This document shows positions 21,201-36,200 of a stretch of 64,000 nt of DNA, in pieces. The stretch is from NCBI GenBank assembly GCA_964016885.1, contig OZ024740.1:436914001-436978000 (forward strand). The letters are read 5' to 3'. The notes below the pieces were generated by a model. The model saw nothing but the letters and a program-made list of their open reading frames with translations. It had not been told where the DNA came from and ran no database searches. Every line of letters begins with the position of its first letter. Positions within the stretch are counted from its first letter, which is position 1. The position numbers were made by a program, and so were the translations under genes. The DNA comes from Eledone cirrhosa. Taxonomy: Eukaryota.

Positions 21201-24200
21201 TATAACAAATTCTATCCTAATGAATCTACCAACTGTTAATATAACAAATTCTATCGTTACAACTCTACCGACTGTTAATATAACAAATTCTATCCTAATG
21301 AATCTACCAACTGTTAATATAACAAATTCTATCCTTACGACTCTACCAACTGTTAATATAACAAATTCTATCGTTACGACTCTACCAACAGTTAATATAA
21401 CAAATTCTATCCTAATGACTCTACCAACTGTTAATATAACAAATTCTATCCTTACGACTCTACCAACAGTTAATATAACAAATTCTATCCTTACGACTCT
21501 ACCAACTGTTAATATAACAAATTCTATCCTTACGACTCTACCAACAGTTAATATAACAAATTCTATCCTTACGACTCTACCAACTGTTAATATAACAAAT
21601 TCTATCCTTACGACTCTACCAACTGTTAATATAACAAATTCTATCCTTACGACTCTACCAACTGTTAATATAACAAATTCTATCCTTACGACTCTACCAA
21701 CTGTTAATATAACAAATTCTATCCTTACGACTCTACCAACTGTTAATATAACAAATTCTATCCTTACGAATCTACCAACTGTTAATATAACAAATTCTAT
21801 CCTTACGACTCTACCAACTGTTAGTATAACAAATTCTATCCTTACGACTCTACCAACTGTTAATATAACAAATTCTATCCTTACGACTCTACCAACTGTT
21901 AATATAACAAATTCTATCCTTACGACTCTACCAACTGTTAATATAACAAATTCTATCCTTACGACTCTACCAACTGTTAGTATAACAAATTCTATCCTTA
22001 CGACTCTACCAACTGTTAATATAACAAATTCTATCCTTACGACTCTACCAACTGTTAATATAACAAATTCTATCCTTACGACTCTACCAACTGTTAATAT
22101 AACAAATTCTATCCTAATGACTCTACCCACTGTTTATATAACAAATTCCATCCTTACGACTCTACCAACTGTTAATATAACCAATTCCATCCTTACGACT
22201 CTACCAACTGTTAATATAACAAATTCTATCCTTACGACTCTACCAACTGTTAATATAACAAATTCTATCCTTACGACTCTACCAACTGTTAATATAACAA
22301 ATTCTATCCTTACGACTCTACCAACTGTTAATATAACAAATTCTATCCTTACGACTCTACCAACTGTTAATATAACAAATTCTATCCTAATGACTCTACC
22401 AACTGTTAATATAACAAATTCTATCCTTACGACTCTACCAACTGTTAATATAACAAATTCCATCCTTACGACTCTACCAACTGTTAATATAACCAATTCC
22501 ATCCTTACGACTCTACCAACTGTTAATATAACCAATTCCATCCTTACGACTCTACCAACTGTTAATATAAACAATTCCATCCTTACGACTCTACCAACTG
22601 TTAATATAACAAATTCTATCCTTACGACTCTACCAACTGTTAATATAACAAATTCTATCCTTACGATTCTACCAACTGTTAGAATAACCAATTCTATCCT
22701 AATGACTCTACCAACTGTTAATATAACAAATTCTATCCTTACGACTCTACCAACTGTTAATATAATAAATTCTATCCTAATGATTTTACCAACTGTTATT
22801 ATAACCATTCTATCCTTACAACTATACCAAATGTTAATATAACAAATTCCATCCTTACGACTCTACCAACTGTTAATATAACAGATTCCATCCTTACGAC
22901 TCTACCAACTGTTAATATAACAAATTCTATCCTTACGACTCTACCAACTGTTAATATAACAAAGTCTATCCTTACAATTCTACCAATGTTAATATAACAA
23001 ATTCCATCCTTACGACTCTACCAACTGTTAATATAACAGATTCCATCCTTACGACTCTACCAACTGTTAATATAACAAATTCTATCCTTACGACTCTACC
23101 AACTGTTAATATAACAAAGTCTATCCTTACAATTCTACCAATGTTAATATAACAAATTCTATCCTTATGACTCTACCAACTGTTAATATAACAAATTCTA
23201 TCCTTACGACTCTACCAACTGTTAATATAACAAATTCTATCCTTACGACTCTACCAACTGTTAATATAACAAATTCTATCCTTACGACTCTACCAACTGT
23301 TAATATAACAAATTCTATCCTTACGACTCTACCAACTGTTAATATAACAAATTCTATCCTTACGACTCTACCAACTGTTAATATAACAAATTCTATTCTT
23401 ACGACTCTACCAACTGTTAATATAACAAATTCTATCCTAATGACTCTACCCACTGTTTATATAACAAATTCCATCCTTACGACTCTACCAACTGTTAATA
23501 TAACCAATTCCATCCTTACGACTCTACCAACTGTTAATATAACAAATTCTATCCTTACGACTCTACCAACTGTTAATATAACAAATTCTATCCTTACGAC
23601 TCTACCAACTGTTAATATAACAAATTCTGTCCTTACGACTCTACCCACTGTTTATATAACAAATTCCATCCTTACGACTCTACCAACTGTTAATATAACC
23701 AATTCCATCCTTACGACTCTACCAACTGTTAATATAACAAATTCTATCCTTACGACTCTACCAACTGTTAATATAACCAATTCCATCCTTACGACTCTAC
23801 CAACTGTTAATATAACAAATTCTATCCTTACGACTCTACCAACTGTTAATATAACAAATTCTATCCTTACGACTCTACCAACTGTTAGAATAACCAATTC
23901 TATCCTAATGACTCTACCAACTGTTAATATAACAAATTCTATCCTTACGACTCTACCAACTGTTAATATAATAAATTCTATCCTAATGATTTTACCAACT
24001 GTTATTATAACCATTCTATCCTTACAACTCTACCAAATGTTAATATAACAAATTCCATCCTTACGACTCTACCAACTGTTAATATAACAGATTCCATCCT
24101 TACGACTCTACCAACTGTTAATATAACAAATTCCATCCTTACGACTCTACCAACTGTTAATATAACAGATTCCATCCTTACGACTCTACCAACTGTTAAT

Positions 24201-27200
24201 ATAACAAATTCTATCCTTACGACTCTACCAACTGTTAATATAACAAAGTCTATCCTTACAATTCTACCAATGTTAATATAACAAATTCTATCCTTCAGAC
24301 TCTACCAACTGTTAATATAACCAATTCTATACTAATTATCCTACCAACTGTTAATATAACAAATTCTATCGTTACGACTCTACCAACTGTTAATATAACA
24401 AATTCTATCCTAATGACTCTACCAACTGTTAATATAACAAATTCTATCCTTACGACTCTACCAACTGTTAGAATAACCAATTCTATCCTAATGACTCTAC
24501 CAACTGTTAATATAACAAATTCTATCCTTACGACTCTACCAACTGTTAATATAATAAATTCTATCCTAATGATTTTACCAACTGTTATTATAACCATTCT
24601 ATCCTTACAACTATACCAAATGTTAATATAACAAATTCCATCCTTACGACTCTACCAACTGTTAATATAACAGATTCCATCCTTACGACTCTACCAACTG
24701 TTAATATAACAAATTCTATCCTTACGACTCTACCAACTGTTAATATAACAAAGTCTATCCTTACAATTCTACCAATGTTAATATAACAAATTCTATCCTT
24801 ATGACTCTACCAACTGTTAATATAACAAATTCTATCCTTACGACTCTACCAACTGTTAATATAACAAATTCTATCCTTACGACTCTACCAACTGTTAATA
24901 TAACAAATTCTATCCTTACGACTCTACCAACTGTTAATATAACAAATTCTATCCTTACGACTCTACCAACTGTTAGAATAACCAATTCTATCCTAATGAC
25001 TCTACCAACTGTTAATATAACAAATTCTATCCTTACGACTCTACCAACTGTTAATATAATAAATTCTATCCTAATGATTTTACCAACTGTTATTATAACC
25101 ATTCTATCCTTACAACTATACCAAATGTTAATATAACAAATTCCATCCTTACGACTCTACCAACTGTTAATATAACAGATTCCATCCTTACGACTCTACC
25201 AACTGTTAATATAACAAATTCTATCCTTACGACTCTACCAACTGTTAATATAACAAAGTCTATCCTTACAATTCTACCAATGTTAATATAACAAATTCTA
25301 TCCTTATGACTCTACCAACTGTTAATATAACAAATTCTATCCTTACGACTCTACCAACTGTTAATATAACAAATTCTATCCTTACGACTCTACCAACTGT
25401 TAATATAACAAATTCTATCCTTACGACTCTACCAACTGTTAATATAACAAATTCTATCCTTACGACTCTACCAACTGTTAGAATAACCAATTCTATCCTA
25501 ATGACTCTACCAACTGTTAATATAACAAATTCTATCCTTACGACTCTACCAACTGTTAATATAATAAATTCTATCCTAATGATTTTACCAACTGTTATTA
25601 TAACCATTCTATCCTTACAACTATACCAAATGTTAATATAACAAATTCCATCCTTACGACTCTACCAACTGTTAATATAACAGATTCCATCCTTACGACT
25701 CTACCAACTGTTAATATAACAAATTCTATCCTTACGACTCTACCAACTGTTAATATAACAAAGTCTATCCTTACAATTCTACCAATGTTAATATAACAAA
25801 TTCCATCCTTACGACTCTACCAACTGTTAATATAACAGATTCCATCCTTACGACTCTACCAACTGTTAATATAACAAATTCTATCCTTACGACTCTACCA
25901 ACTGTTAATATAACAAAGTCTATCCTTACAATTCTACCAATGTTAATATAACAAATTCTATCCTTATGACTCTACCAACTGTTAATATAACAAATTCTAT
26001 CCTTACGACTCTACCAACTGTTAATATAACAAATTCTATCCTTACGACTCTACCAACTGTTAATATAACAAATTCTATCCTTACGACTCTACCAACTGTT
26101 AATATAACAAATTCTATCCTTACGACTCTACCAACTGTTAATATAACAAATTCTATCCTTACGACTCTACCAACTGTTAATATAACAAATTCTATTCTTA
26201 CGACTCTACCAACTGTTAATATAACAAATTCTATCCTAATGACTCTACCCACTGTTTATATAACAAATTCCATCCTTACGACTCTACCAACTGTTAATAT
26301 AACCAATTCCATCCTTACGACTCTACCAACTGTTAATATAACAAATTCTATCCTTACGACTCTACCAACTGTTAATATAACAAATTCTATCCTTACGACT
26401 CTACCAACTGTTAATATAACAAATTCTGTCCTTACGACTCTACCCACTGTTTATATAACAAATTCCATCCTTACGACTCTACCAACTGTTAATATAACCA
26501 ATTCCATCCTTACGACTCTACCAACTGTTAATATAACAAATTCTATCCTTACGACTCTACCAACTGTTAATATAACCAATTCCATCCTTACGACTCTACC
26601 AACTGTTAATATAACAAATTCTATCCTTACGACTCTACCAACTGTTAATATAACAAATTCTATCCTTACGACTCTACCAACTGTTAGAATAACCAATTCT
26701 ATCCTAATGACTCTACCAACTGTTAATATAACAAATTCTATCCTTACGACTCTACCAACTGTTAATATAATAAATTCTATCCTAATGATTTTACCAACTG
26801 TTATTATAACCATTCTATCCTTACAACTCTACCAAATGTTAATATAACAAATTCCATCCTTACGACTCTACCAACTGTTAATATAACAGATTCCATCCTT
26901 ACGACTCTACCAACTGTTAATATAACAAATTCCATCCTTACGACTCTACCAACTGTTAATATAACAGATTCCATCCTTACGACTCTACCAACTGTTAATA
27001 TAACAAATTCTATCCTTACGACTCTACCAACTGTTAATATAACAAAGTCTATCCTTACAATTCTACCAATGTTAATATAACAAATTCTATCCTTCAGACT
27101 CTACCAACTGTTAATATAACCAATTCTATACTAATTATCCTACCAACTGTTAATATAACAAATTCTATCGTTACGACTCTACCAACTGTTAATATAACAA

Positions 27201-30200
27201 ATTCTATCCTAATGACTCTACCAACTGTTAATATAACAAATTCTATCCTAATGAGTCTACCAACTGTTAATATAACAAATTCTATCCTAATGAGTCTACC
27301 AACTGTTAATATAACAAATTCTATCCTAATGAGTCTACCAACTGTTAATATAACAAATTCTATCCTAATGAGTCTACCAACTGTTAATATAACAAATTCT
27401 ATCCTAATGAGTCTACCAAATGTTAATATAACAAATTCTATCTTAATGAGTCTACCAACTGTTAATATAACAAATTCTATCCTAATGAGTCTACCAACTG
27501 TTAATATAACAAATTCTATCCTAATGAGTCTACCAACTGTTAATATAACCAATTCTATCCTAATGACTCTACCAACTGTTAATATAACCAATTCTATCCT
27601 AATGACTCTACCAACTGTTAATATAACAAATTCTATCCTAATGAGTCTACCAACTGTTAATATAACCAATTCTATCCTAATGACTCTACCAACTGTTAAT
27701 ATAACAAATTCTATCCTAATGAGTCTACCAACTGTTAATATAACCAATTCTATCCTAATGAATCTACCAACTGTTAATATAATAAATTCTATCCGTACGA
27801 CTCTACCAACTGTTAATATAACAAATTCTATCCTAATGAGTCTACCGACTGTTAATATAACCAATTCTATCCTAATGAATCTACCAACTGTTAATATAAC
27901 AAATTCTATCCTTACGACTCTACCAACTGTTAATATAACCAATTCTATCCTTACGACTCTACCAACTGTTAATATAACAAATTCTATCCTAATGACTCTA
28001 CCAGCTGTTAATATAACAAATTCTATCCTTACGACTCTACCAACTGTTAATATAACCAATTCTATCCTTACGACTCTACCAACTGTTAATATAACAAATT
28101 CTATCCTTACGACTCTACCAACTGTTAATATAACCAATTCTATCCTTACGACTCTACCAACTGTTAATATAACAAATTCAATCCTTACGAATCTACCAAC
28201 TGTTAATATAACCAATTCTATCCTTATGACTCTACCAACTGTTAATATAACCAATTCTATCCTAATGAGTCTACCAACTGTTAATATAACAAATTCTATC
28301 CTAATGAGTCTACCAACTGTTAATATAACCAATTCTATCCTATTGAGACTACCAACTGTTAATATAACAAATTCAAACCTTACGACTCTACCAACTGTTA
28401 ATATAACAAATTCTATCATTACGACTCTACCAACTGTTAATATAACAAATTCTATCCTTACGACTCTACCAACTGTTAATATAACAAATTCTATCCTAAT
28501 GAGTCTACCAACTGTTAATATAACCAATTCTATGCTAATGAGTCTACCAACTGTTAATATAGCAAATTCAATCCTTTCGAATCTACCAACTGTTAATATA
28601 ACAAATTCTATCCTTACGAATCTACCAACTGTTAATATAACAAATTCTATCGTTACGACTCTACCAACTGTTAATATAACCAATTCTATCCTAATGATTC
28701 TACCAACTGTTAATATAACCAATTCTATCCTAATGATTCTACCAACTGTTAATATAACCAATTCTATCCTAATGAGTCTACCAACTGTTAATATAACCAA
28801 TTCTATACTAATTATCCTACCAACTGTTATTATAACGAATTCTATCCTTACGACTCTACCAACTGTTAATATAACAAATTCTATTGTTACGACTCTACCA
28901 ACTGTTAATATAACAAATTCTATCCTTACGACACTACCAACTGTTAATATAACAAATTCTATCCTTACGAATCTACCAACTGTTAATATAACAAATTCAA
29001 TCCTTACGAATCTACCAACTGTTAATATAAGAAATTCTATCGTTACGAATCTACCAACTGTTAATATAACAAATTCTATCGTTACGACTCTACCAACTGT
29101 TAATATAACAAATTCTATCCTTACGACTCTACCAACTGTTAATATAACAAATTCTATCCTTACGACTCTACCAACTGTTAATATAACCAATTCTATCTTT
29201 ACGACTCTACCAACTGTTAATATAACAAATTCCATCCTTACGACTCTACCAACTGTTAATATAACAAATTCTATCGTTACGAATCTACCAACTGTTAATA
29301 TAACAAATTCTATCCTTACGACTCTACTAACTGTTAATATAACCAATTCTATCCTTACGACTCTACCAACTGTTAATATAACAAATTCTATCGTTACGAA
29401 TCTACCAACTGTTAATATAACAAATTCTATCCTTACGACTCTACCAACTGTTAATATAACAAATTCTATCGTTACGAATCTACCAACTGTTAATATAACA
29501 AATTCTATCCTTACGACTCTACCAACTGTTAATATAACAAATTCTATCGTTACGAATCTACCAACTGTTAATATAACCAATTCTATCCTTACGACTCTAC
29601 CAACTGTTAGTATAACCAATTCTATCCTAATGATTCTACAAACTGTTAATATAACCAATTCTATCCTTACGACTCTACCAACTGTTAATATAACAAATTC
29701 CATCCTTACGACTCTACCAACTCTTAATATAACAAATTCTATCCTTACGACTCTACCAACTGTTAGAATAACCAATTCTATCCTAATGATTCTACCAACT
29801 GTTAATATAACCAATTCTATCCTAATGAGTCTACCAACTGTTAATATAACCAATTCTATCCTAATGAGTCTACCAACTGTTAATATAACCAATTCTATCC
29901 TAATGTGTCTACCAACTGTTAATATAACCAATTCTATCCTAATTAGTCTACCAACTGTTAATATAACCAATTCTATCCTAATGAGTCTATCAACTGTTAA
30001 TATAATCAATTCTATCCTTACGACTCTACCAACTGTTAGTATAACCAATTCTATCCTAATGATTCTACCAACTGTTAATATAACCAATTCTATCCTAATG
30101 AGTCTACCAACTGTTAATATAACCAATTCTATCCTAATGAGTCTACCAACTGTTAATATAACCAATTCTATCCTAATGAGTCTACCAACTGTTAATATAA

Positions 30201-33200
30201 CCAATTCTATACTAATTATCCTACCAACTGTTATTATAACGAATTCTATCCTTACGACTCTACCAACTGTTAATATAACAAATTCTATTGTTACGACTCT
30301 ACCAACTGTTAATATAACAAATTCTATCCTTACGACACTACCAACTGTTAATATAACAAATTCTATCCTTACGACTCTACCAACTGTTAATATAACAAAT
30401 TCAATCCTTACGAATCTACCAACTGTTAATATAACAAATTCTATCGTTACGAATCTACCAACTGTTAATATAACAAATTCTATCGTTACGACTCTACCAA
30501 CTGTTAATATAACAAATTCTATCCTTACGACTCTACCAACTGTTAATATAACAAATTCTATCCTTACAACTCTACCAACTGTTAATATAACCAATTCTAT
30601 CCTTACGACTCTACCAACTGTTAATATAACAAATTCCATCCTTACGACTCTACCAACTGTTAATATAACAAATTCTATAGTTACGAATCTACCAACTGTT
30701 AATATAACAAATTCTATCCTTACGACTCTACCAACTGTTAGTATAACCAATTCTATCCTAATGATTCTACAAACTGTTAATATAACCAATTCTATCCTTA
30801 CGACTCTACCAACTGTTAATATAACAAATTCCATCCTTACGACTCTACCAACTCTTAATATAACAAATTCTATCCTTACGACTCTACCAACTGTTAGAAT
30901 AACCAATTCTATCCTTACGACTCTACCAACTGTTAATATAACAAATTCTATCCTTACGACTCTACCAACTGTTAATATAACCAATTCTATCCTTACGACT
31001 CTACCAACTGTTAATATAACAAATTCCATCCTTACGACTCTACCAACTGTTAATAAAACAAATTCTATCCTTACGACTCTACCAACTGTTAATATAACAA
31101 ATTCAATCCTTACGAATCTACCAACTGTTAATATAACAAATTCTATCGTTACGAATCTACCAACTGTTAATATAACAAATTCTATCGTTACGACTCTACC
31201 AACTGTTAATATAACAAATTCTATCCTTACGACTCTACCAACTCTTAATATAACAAATTCTATCCTTACGACTCTACCAACTGTTAATATAACCATTTCT
31301 ATCCTTACGACTCTACCAACTGTTAATATAACAAATTCCATCCTTACGACTCTACCAACTGTTAATATAACAAATTCTATCGTTACGAATCTACCAACTG
31401 TTAATATAACAAATTCTATCCTTACGACTCTACCAACTGTTAATATAACCAATTCTATCCTTACGAATCTACCAACTGTTAGTATAACCAATTCTATCCT
31501 AATGATTCTACAAACTGTTAATATAACCAATTCTATCCTTACGACTCTACCAACTGTTAATATAACAAATTCCATCCTTACGACTCTACCAACTCTTAAT
31601 ATAACAAATTCTATCCTTACGACTCTACCAACTGTTAATATAACAAATTCTATCCTTACGACTCTACCAACTGTTAGAATAACCAATTCTATCCTAATGA
31701 TTCTACCAACTGTTAATATAACCAATTCTATCCTAATGAGTCTACCAACTGTTAATATAACCAATTCTATCCTAATGAGTCTACCAACTGTTAATATAAC
31801 CAATTCTATCCTAATGAGTCTACCAACTGTTAATATAACCAATTCTATACTAATTATCCTACCAACTGTTATTATAACGAATTCTATCCTTACGACTCTA
31901 CCAACTGTTAATATAACAAATTCTATTGTTACGACTCTACCAACTGTTAATATAACAAATTCTATCCTTACGACACTACCAACTGTTAATATAACAAATT
32001 CTATCCTTACGACTCTACCAACTGTTAATATAACAAATTCAATCCTTACGAATCTACCAACTGTTAATATAACAAATTCTATCGTTACGAATCTACCAAC
32101 TGTTAATATAACAAATTCTATCGTTACGACTCTACCAACTGTTAATATAACAAATTCTATCCTTACGACTCTACCAACTGTTAATATAACAAATTCTATC
32201 CTTACGACTCTACCAACTGTTAATATAACCAATTCTATCCTTACGACTCTACCAACTGTTAATATAACAAATTCCATCCTTACGACTCTACCAACTGTTA
32301 ATATAACAAATTCTATCGTTACGAATCTACCAACTGTTAATATAACAAATTCTATCCTTACGACTCTACCAACTGTTAATATAACCAATTCTATCCTTAC
32401 GACTCTACCAACTGTTAGTATAACCAATTCTATCCTAATGATTCTACAAACTGTTAATATAACCAATTCTATCCTTACGACTCTACCAACTGTTAATATA
32501 ACAAATTCCATCCTTACGACTCTACCAACTCTTAATATAACAAATTCTATCCTTACGACTCTACCAACTCTTAATATAACAAATTCTATCCTTACGACTC
32601 TACCAACTGTTAATATAATAAATTCTATCCTAATGATTTTACCAACTGTTATTATAACCATTCTATCCATACAACTCTACCAAATGTTAATATAACAAAT
32701 TCCATCCTTACGACTCTACCAACTGTTAATATAACAGATTCCATCCTTACGACTCTACCAACTGTTAATATAACAAATTCCATCCTTACGACTCTACCAA
32801 CTGTTAATATAACAAATTCTATCCTTACGACTCAAACAACTGTTAATATAACCAATTCTATCCTAATGAGTCTACCAACTGTTAATATAACCAATTCTAT
32901 CCTAATGAGTCTACCAACTGTTAATATAACCAATTCTATCCTAATGAGTCTACCAACTGTTAATATAACCAATTCTATACTAATTATCCTACCAACTGTT
33001 AATATAACCAATTCTATCCTAATGAATCTACCAACTGTTAATATAACAAATTCTATCCTAATGACTCTACCAAGTGTTAATATAACAAATTCTATCCTTA
33101 CGACTCTACCAACTGTTAATATAACAAATTCTATCGTTACGACTCTACCAACTTTTAATATAACAAATTCTATCCTTACGACTCTACCAACTGTTAATAT

Positions 33201-36200
33201 AACAAATTCTATCGTTACGACTCTACCAACTCTTAATATAACAAATTCTATCGTTACGACTCTACCAACTGTTAATATAATAAATTCTATCCTAATAATT
33301 CTACCAACTGTTATTATAACCAATCTATCCTTACAATTCTACCAACTGTTAATATAACAAATTCTATCGTTACGACTCTACCAACTCTTAATATTACAAA
33401 TTCTATCCTTACGACTCTACCAACTGTTAATATAACCAATTATATCCTAATGATTCTACCAACTGTTAGTATAACCAATTCTATCCTAATGATTCTACCA
33501 ACTGTTAGTATAACCAATTATATCCTAATAATTCTACCAACTGTTAATATAACAAATTCTATCGTTATGAATCTACCAACTCTTAATATGACAAATTCTA
33601 TCCTTACGACTCTACCAACTGTTAATATAATAAATTCTATCCTAATGATTTTACCAACTGTTATTATAACCATTCTATCCTTACAACTCTACCAAATGTT
33701 AATATAACAAATTCCATCCTTACGACTCTACCAACTGTTAATATAACAAATTCCATCCTTACGACTCTACCAACTGTTAATATAACCAATTCTATCCTAA
33801 TGAGTCTACCAACTGTTAATATAACCAATTCTATCCTAATGAGTCTACCAACTGTTAATATAACAAATTCTATCCTAATGACTCTACCAACTGTTAATAG
33901 AACAAATTCAAACCTTACGACTCTACCAACTGTTAATATAACAAATTCTATCCTTACGACACTACCAACTGTTAATATAACAAATTCTATCCTTACGACA
34001 CTACCAACTGTTAATATAACAAATTCTATCCTTACGACTCTACCAACTGTTAATATAACAAATTCTATCCTTACGACTCTACCAACTGTTAATATAACAA
34101 ATTCTGTCCTTACGACTCTACCCACTGTTTATATAACAAATTCCATCCTTACGACTCTACCAACTGTTAATATAACCAATTCCATCCTTACGACTCTACC
34201 AACTGTTAATATAACAAATTCTATCCTTACGACTCTACCAACTGTTAATATAACCAATTCCATCCTTACGACTCTACCAACTGTTAATATAACAAATTCT
34301 ATCCTTACGACTCTACCAACTGTTAATATAACAAATTCTATCCTTACGACTCTACCAACTGTTAGAATAACCAATTCTATCCTAATGACTCTACCAACTG
34401 TTAATATAACAAATTCTATCCTTACGACTCTACCAACTGTTAATATAATAAATTCTATCCTAATGATTTTACCAACTGTTATTATAACCATTCTATCCTT
34501 ACAACTCTACCAAATGTTAATATAACAAATTCCATCCTTACGACTCTACCAACTGTTAATATAACAGATTCCATCCTTACGACTCTACCAACTGTTAATA
34601 TAACAAATTCTATCCTTACGACTCTACCAACTGTTAATATAACAAAGTCTATCCTTACAATTCTACCAATGTTAATATAACAAATTCTATCCTTCAGACT
34701 CTACCAACTGTTAATATAACCAATTCTATACTAATTATCCTACCAACTGTTAATATAACAAATTCTATCGTTACGACTCTACCAACTGTTAATATAACAA
34801 ATTCTATCCTAATGACTCTACCAACTGTTAATATAACAAATTCTATCCTAATGAGTCTACCAACTGTTAATATAACAAATTCTATCCTAATGAGTCTACC
34901 AACTGTTAATATAACAAATTCTATCCTAATGAGTCTACCAACTGTTAATATAACAAATTCTATCCTAATGAGTCTACCAACTGTTAATATAACAAATTCT
35001 ATCCTAATGAGTCTACCAAATGTTAATATAACAAATTCTATCCTAATGAGTCTACCAACTGTTAATATAACAAATTCTATCCTAATGAGTCTACCAACTG
35101 TTAATATAACAAATTCTATCCTAATGAGTCTACCAACTGTTAATATAACCAATTCTATCCTAATGACTCTACCAACTGTTAATATAACCAATTCTATCCT
35201 AATGACTCTACCAACTGTTAATATAACAAATTCTATCCTAATGAGTCTACCAACTGTTAATATAACCAATTCTATCCTAATGACTCTACCAACTGTTAAT
35301 ATAACAAATTCTATCCTAATGAGTCTACCAACTGTTAATATAACCAATTCTATCCTAATGAATCTACCAACTGTTAATATAATAAATTCTATCCGTACGA
35401 CTCTACCAACTGTTAATATAACAAATTCTATCCTAATGAGTCTACCGACTGTTAATATAACCAATTCTATCCTAATGAATCTACCAACTGTTAATATAAC
35501 AAATTCTATCCTTACGACTCTACCAACTGTTAATATAACCAATTCTATCCTTACGACTCTACCAACTGTTAATATAACAAATTCTATCCTAATGACTCTA
35601 CCAGCTGTTAATATAACAAATTCTATCCTTACGACTCTACCAACTGTTAATATAACCAATTCTATCCTTACGACTCTACCAACTGTTAATATAACAAATT
35701 CTATCCTTACGACTCTACCAACTGTTAATATAACCAATTCTATCCTTACGACTCTACCAACTGTTAATATAACAAATTCAATCCTTACGAATCTACCAAC
35801 TGTTAATATAACCAATTCTATCCTTATGACTCTACCAACTGTTAATATAACCAATTCTATCCTAATGAGTCTACCAACTGTTAATATAACAAATTCTATC
35901 CTAATGAGTCTACCAACTGTTAATATAACCAATTCTATCCTATTGAGACTACCAACTGTTAATATAACAAATTCAAACCTTACGACTCTACCAACTGTTA
36001 ATATAACAAATTCTATCATTACGACTCTACCAACTGTTAATATAACAAATTCTATCCTTACGACTCTACCAACTGTTAATATAACAAATTCTATCCTAAT
36101 GAGTCTACCAACTGTTAATATAACCAATTCTATGCTAATGAGTCTACCAACTGTTAATATAGCAAATTCAATCCTTTCGAATCTACCAACTGTTAATATA

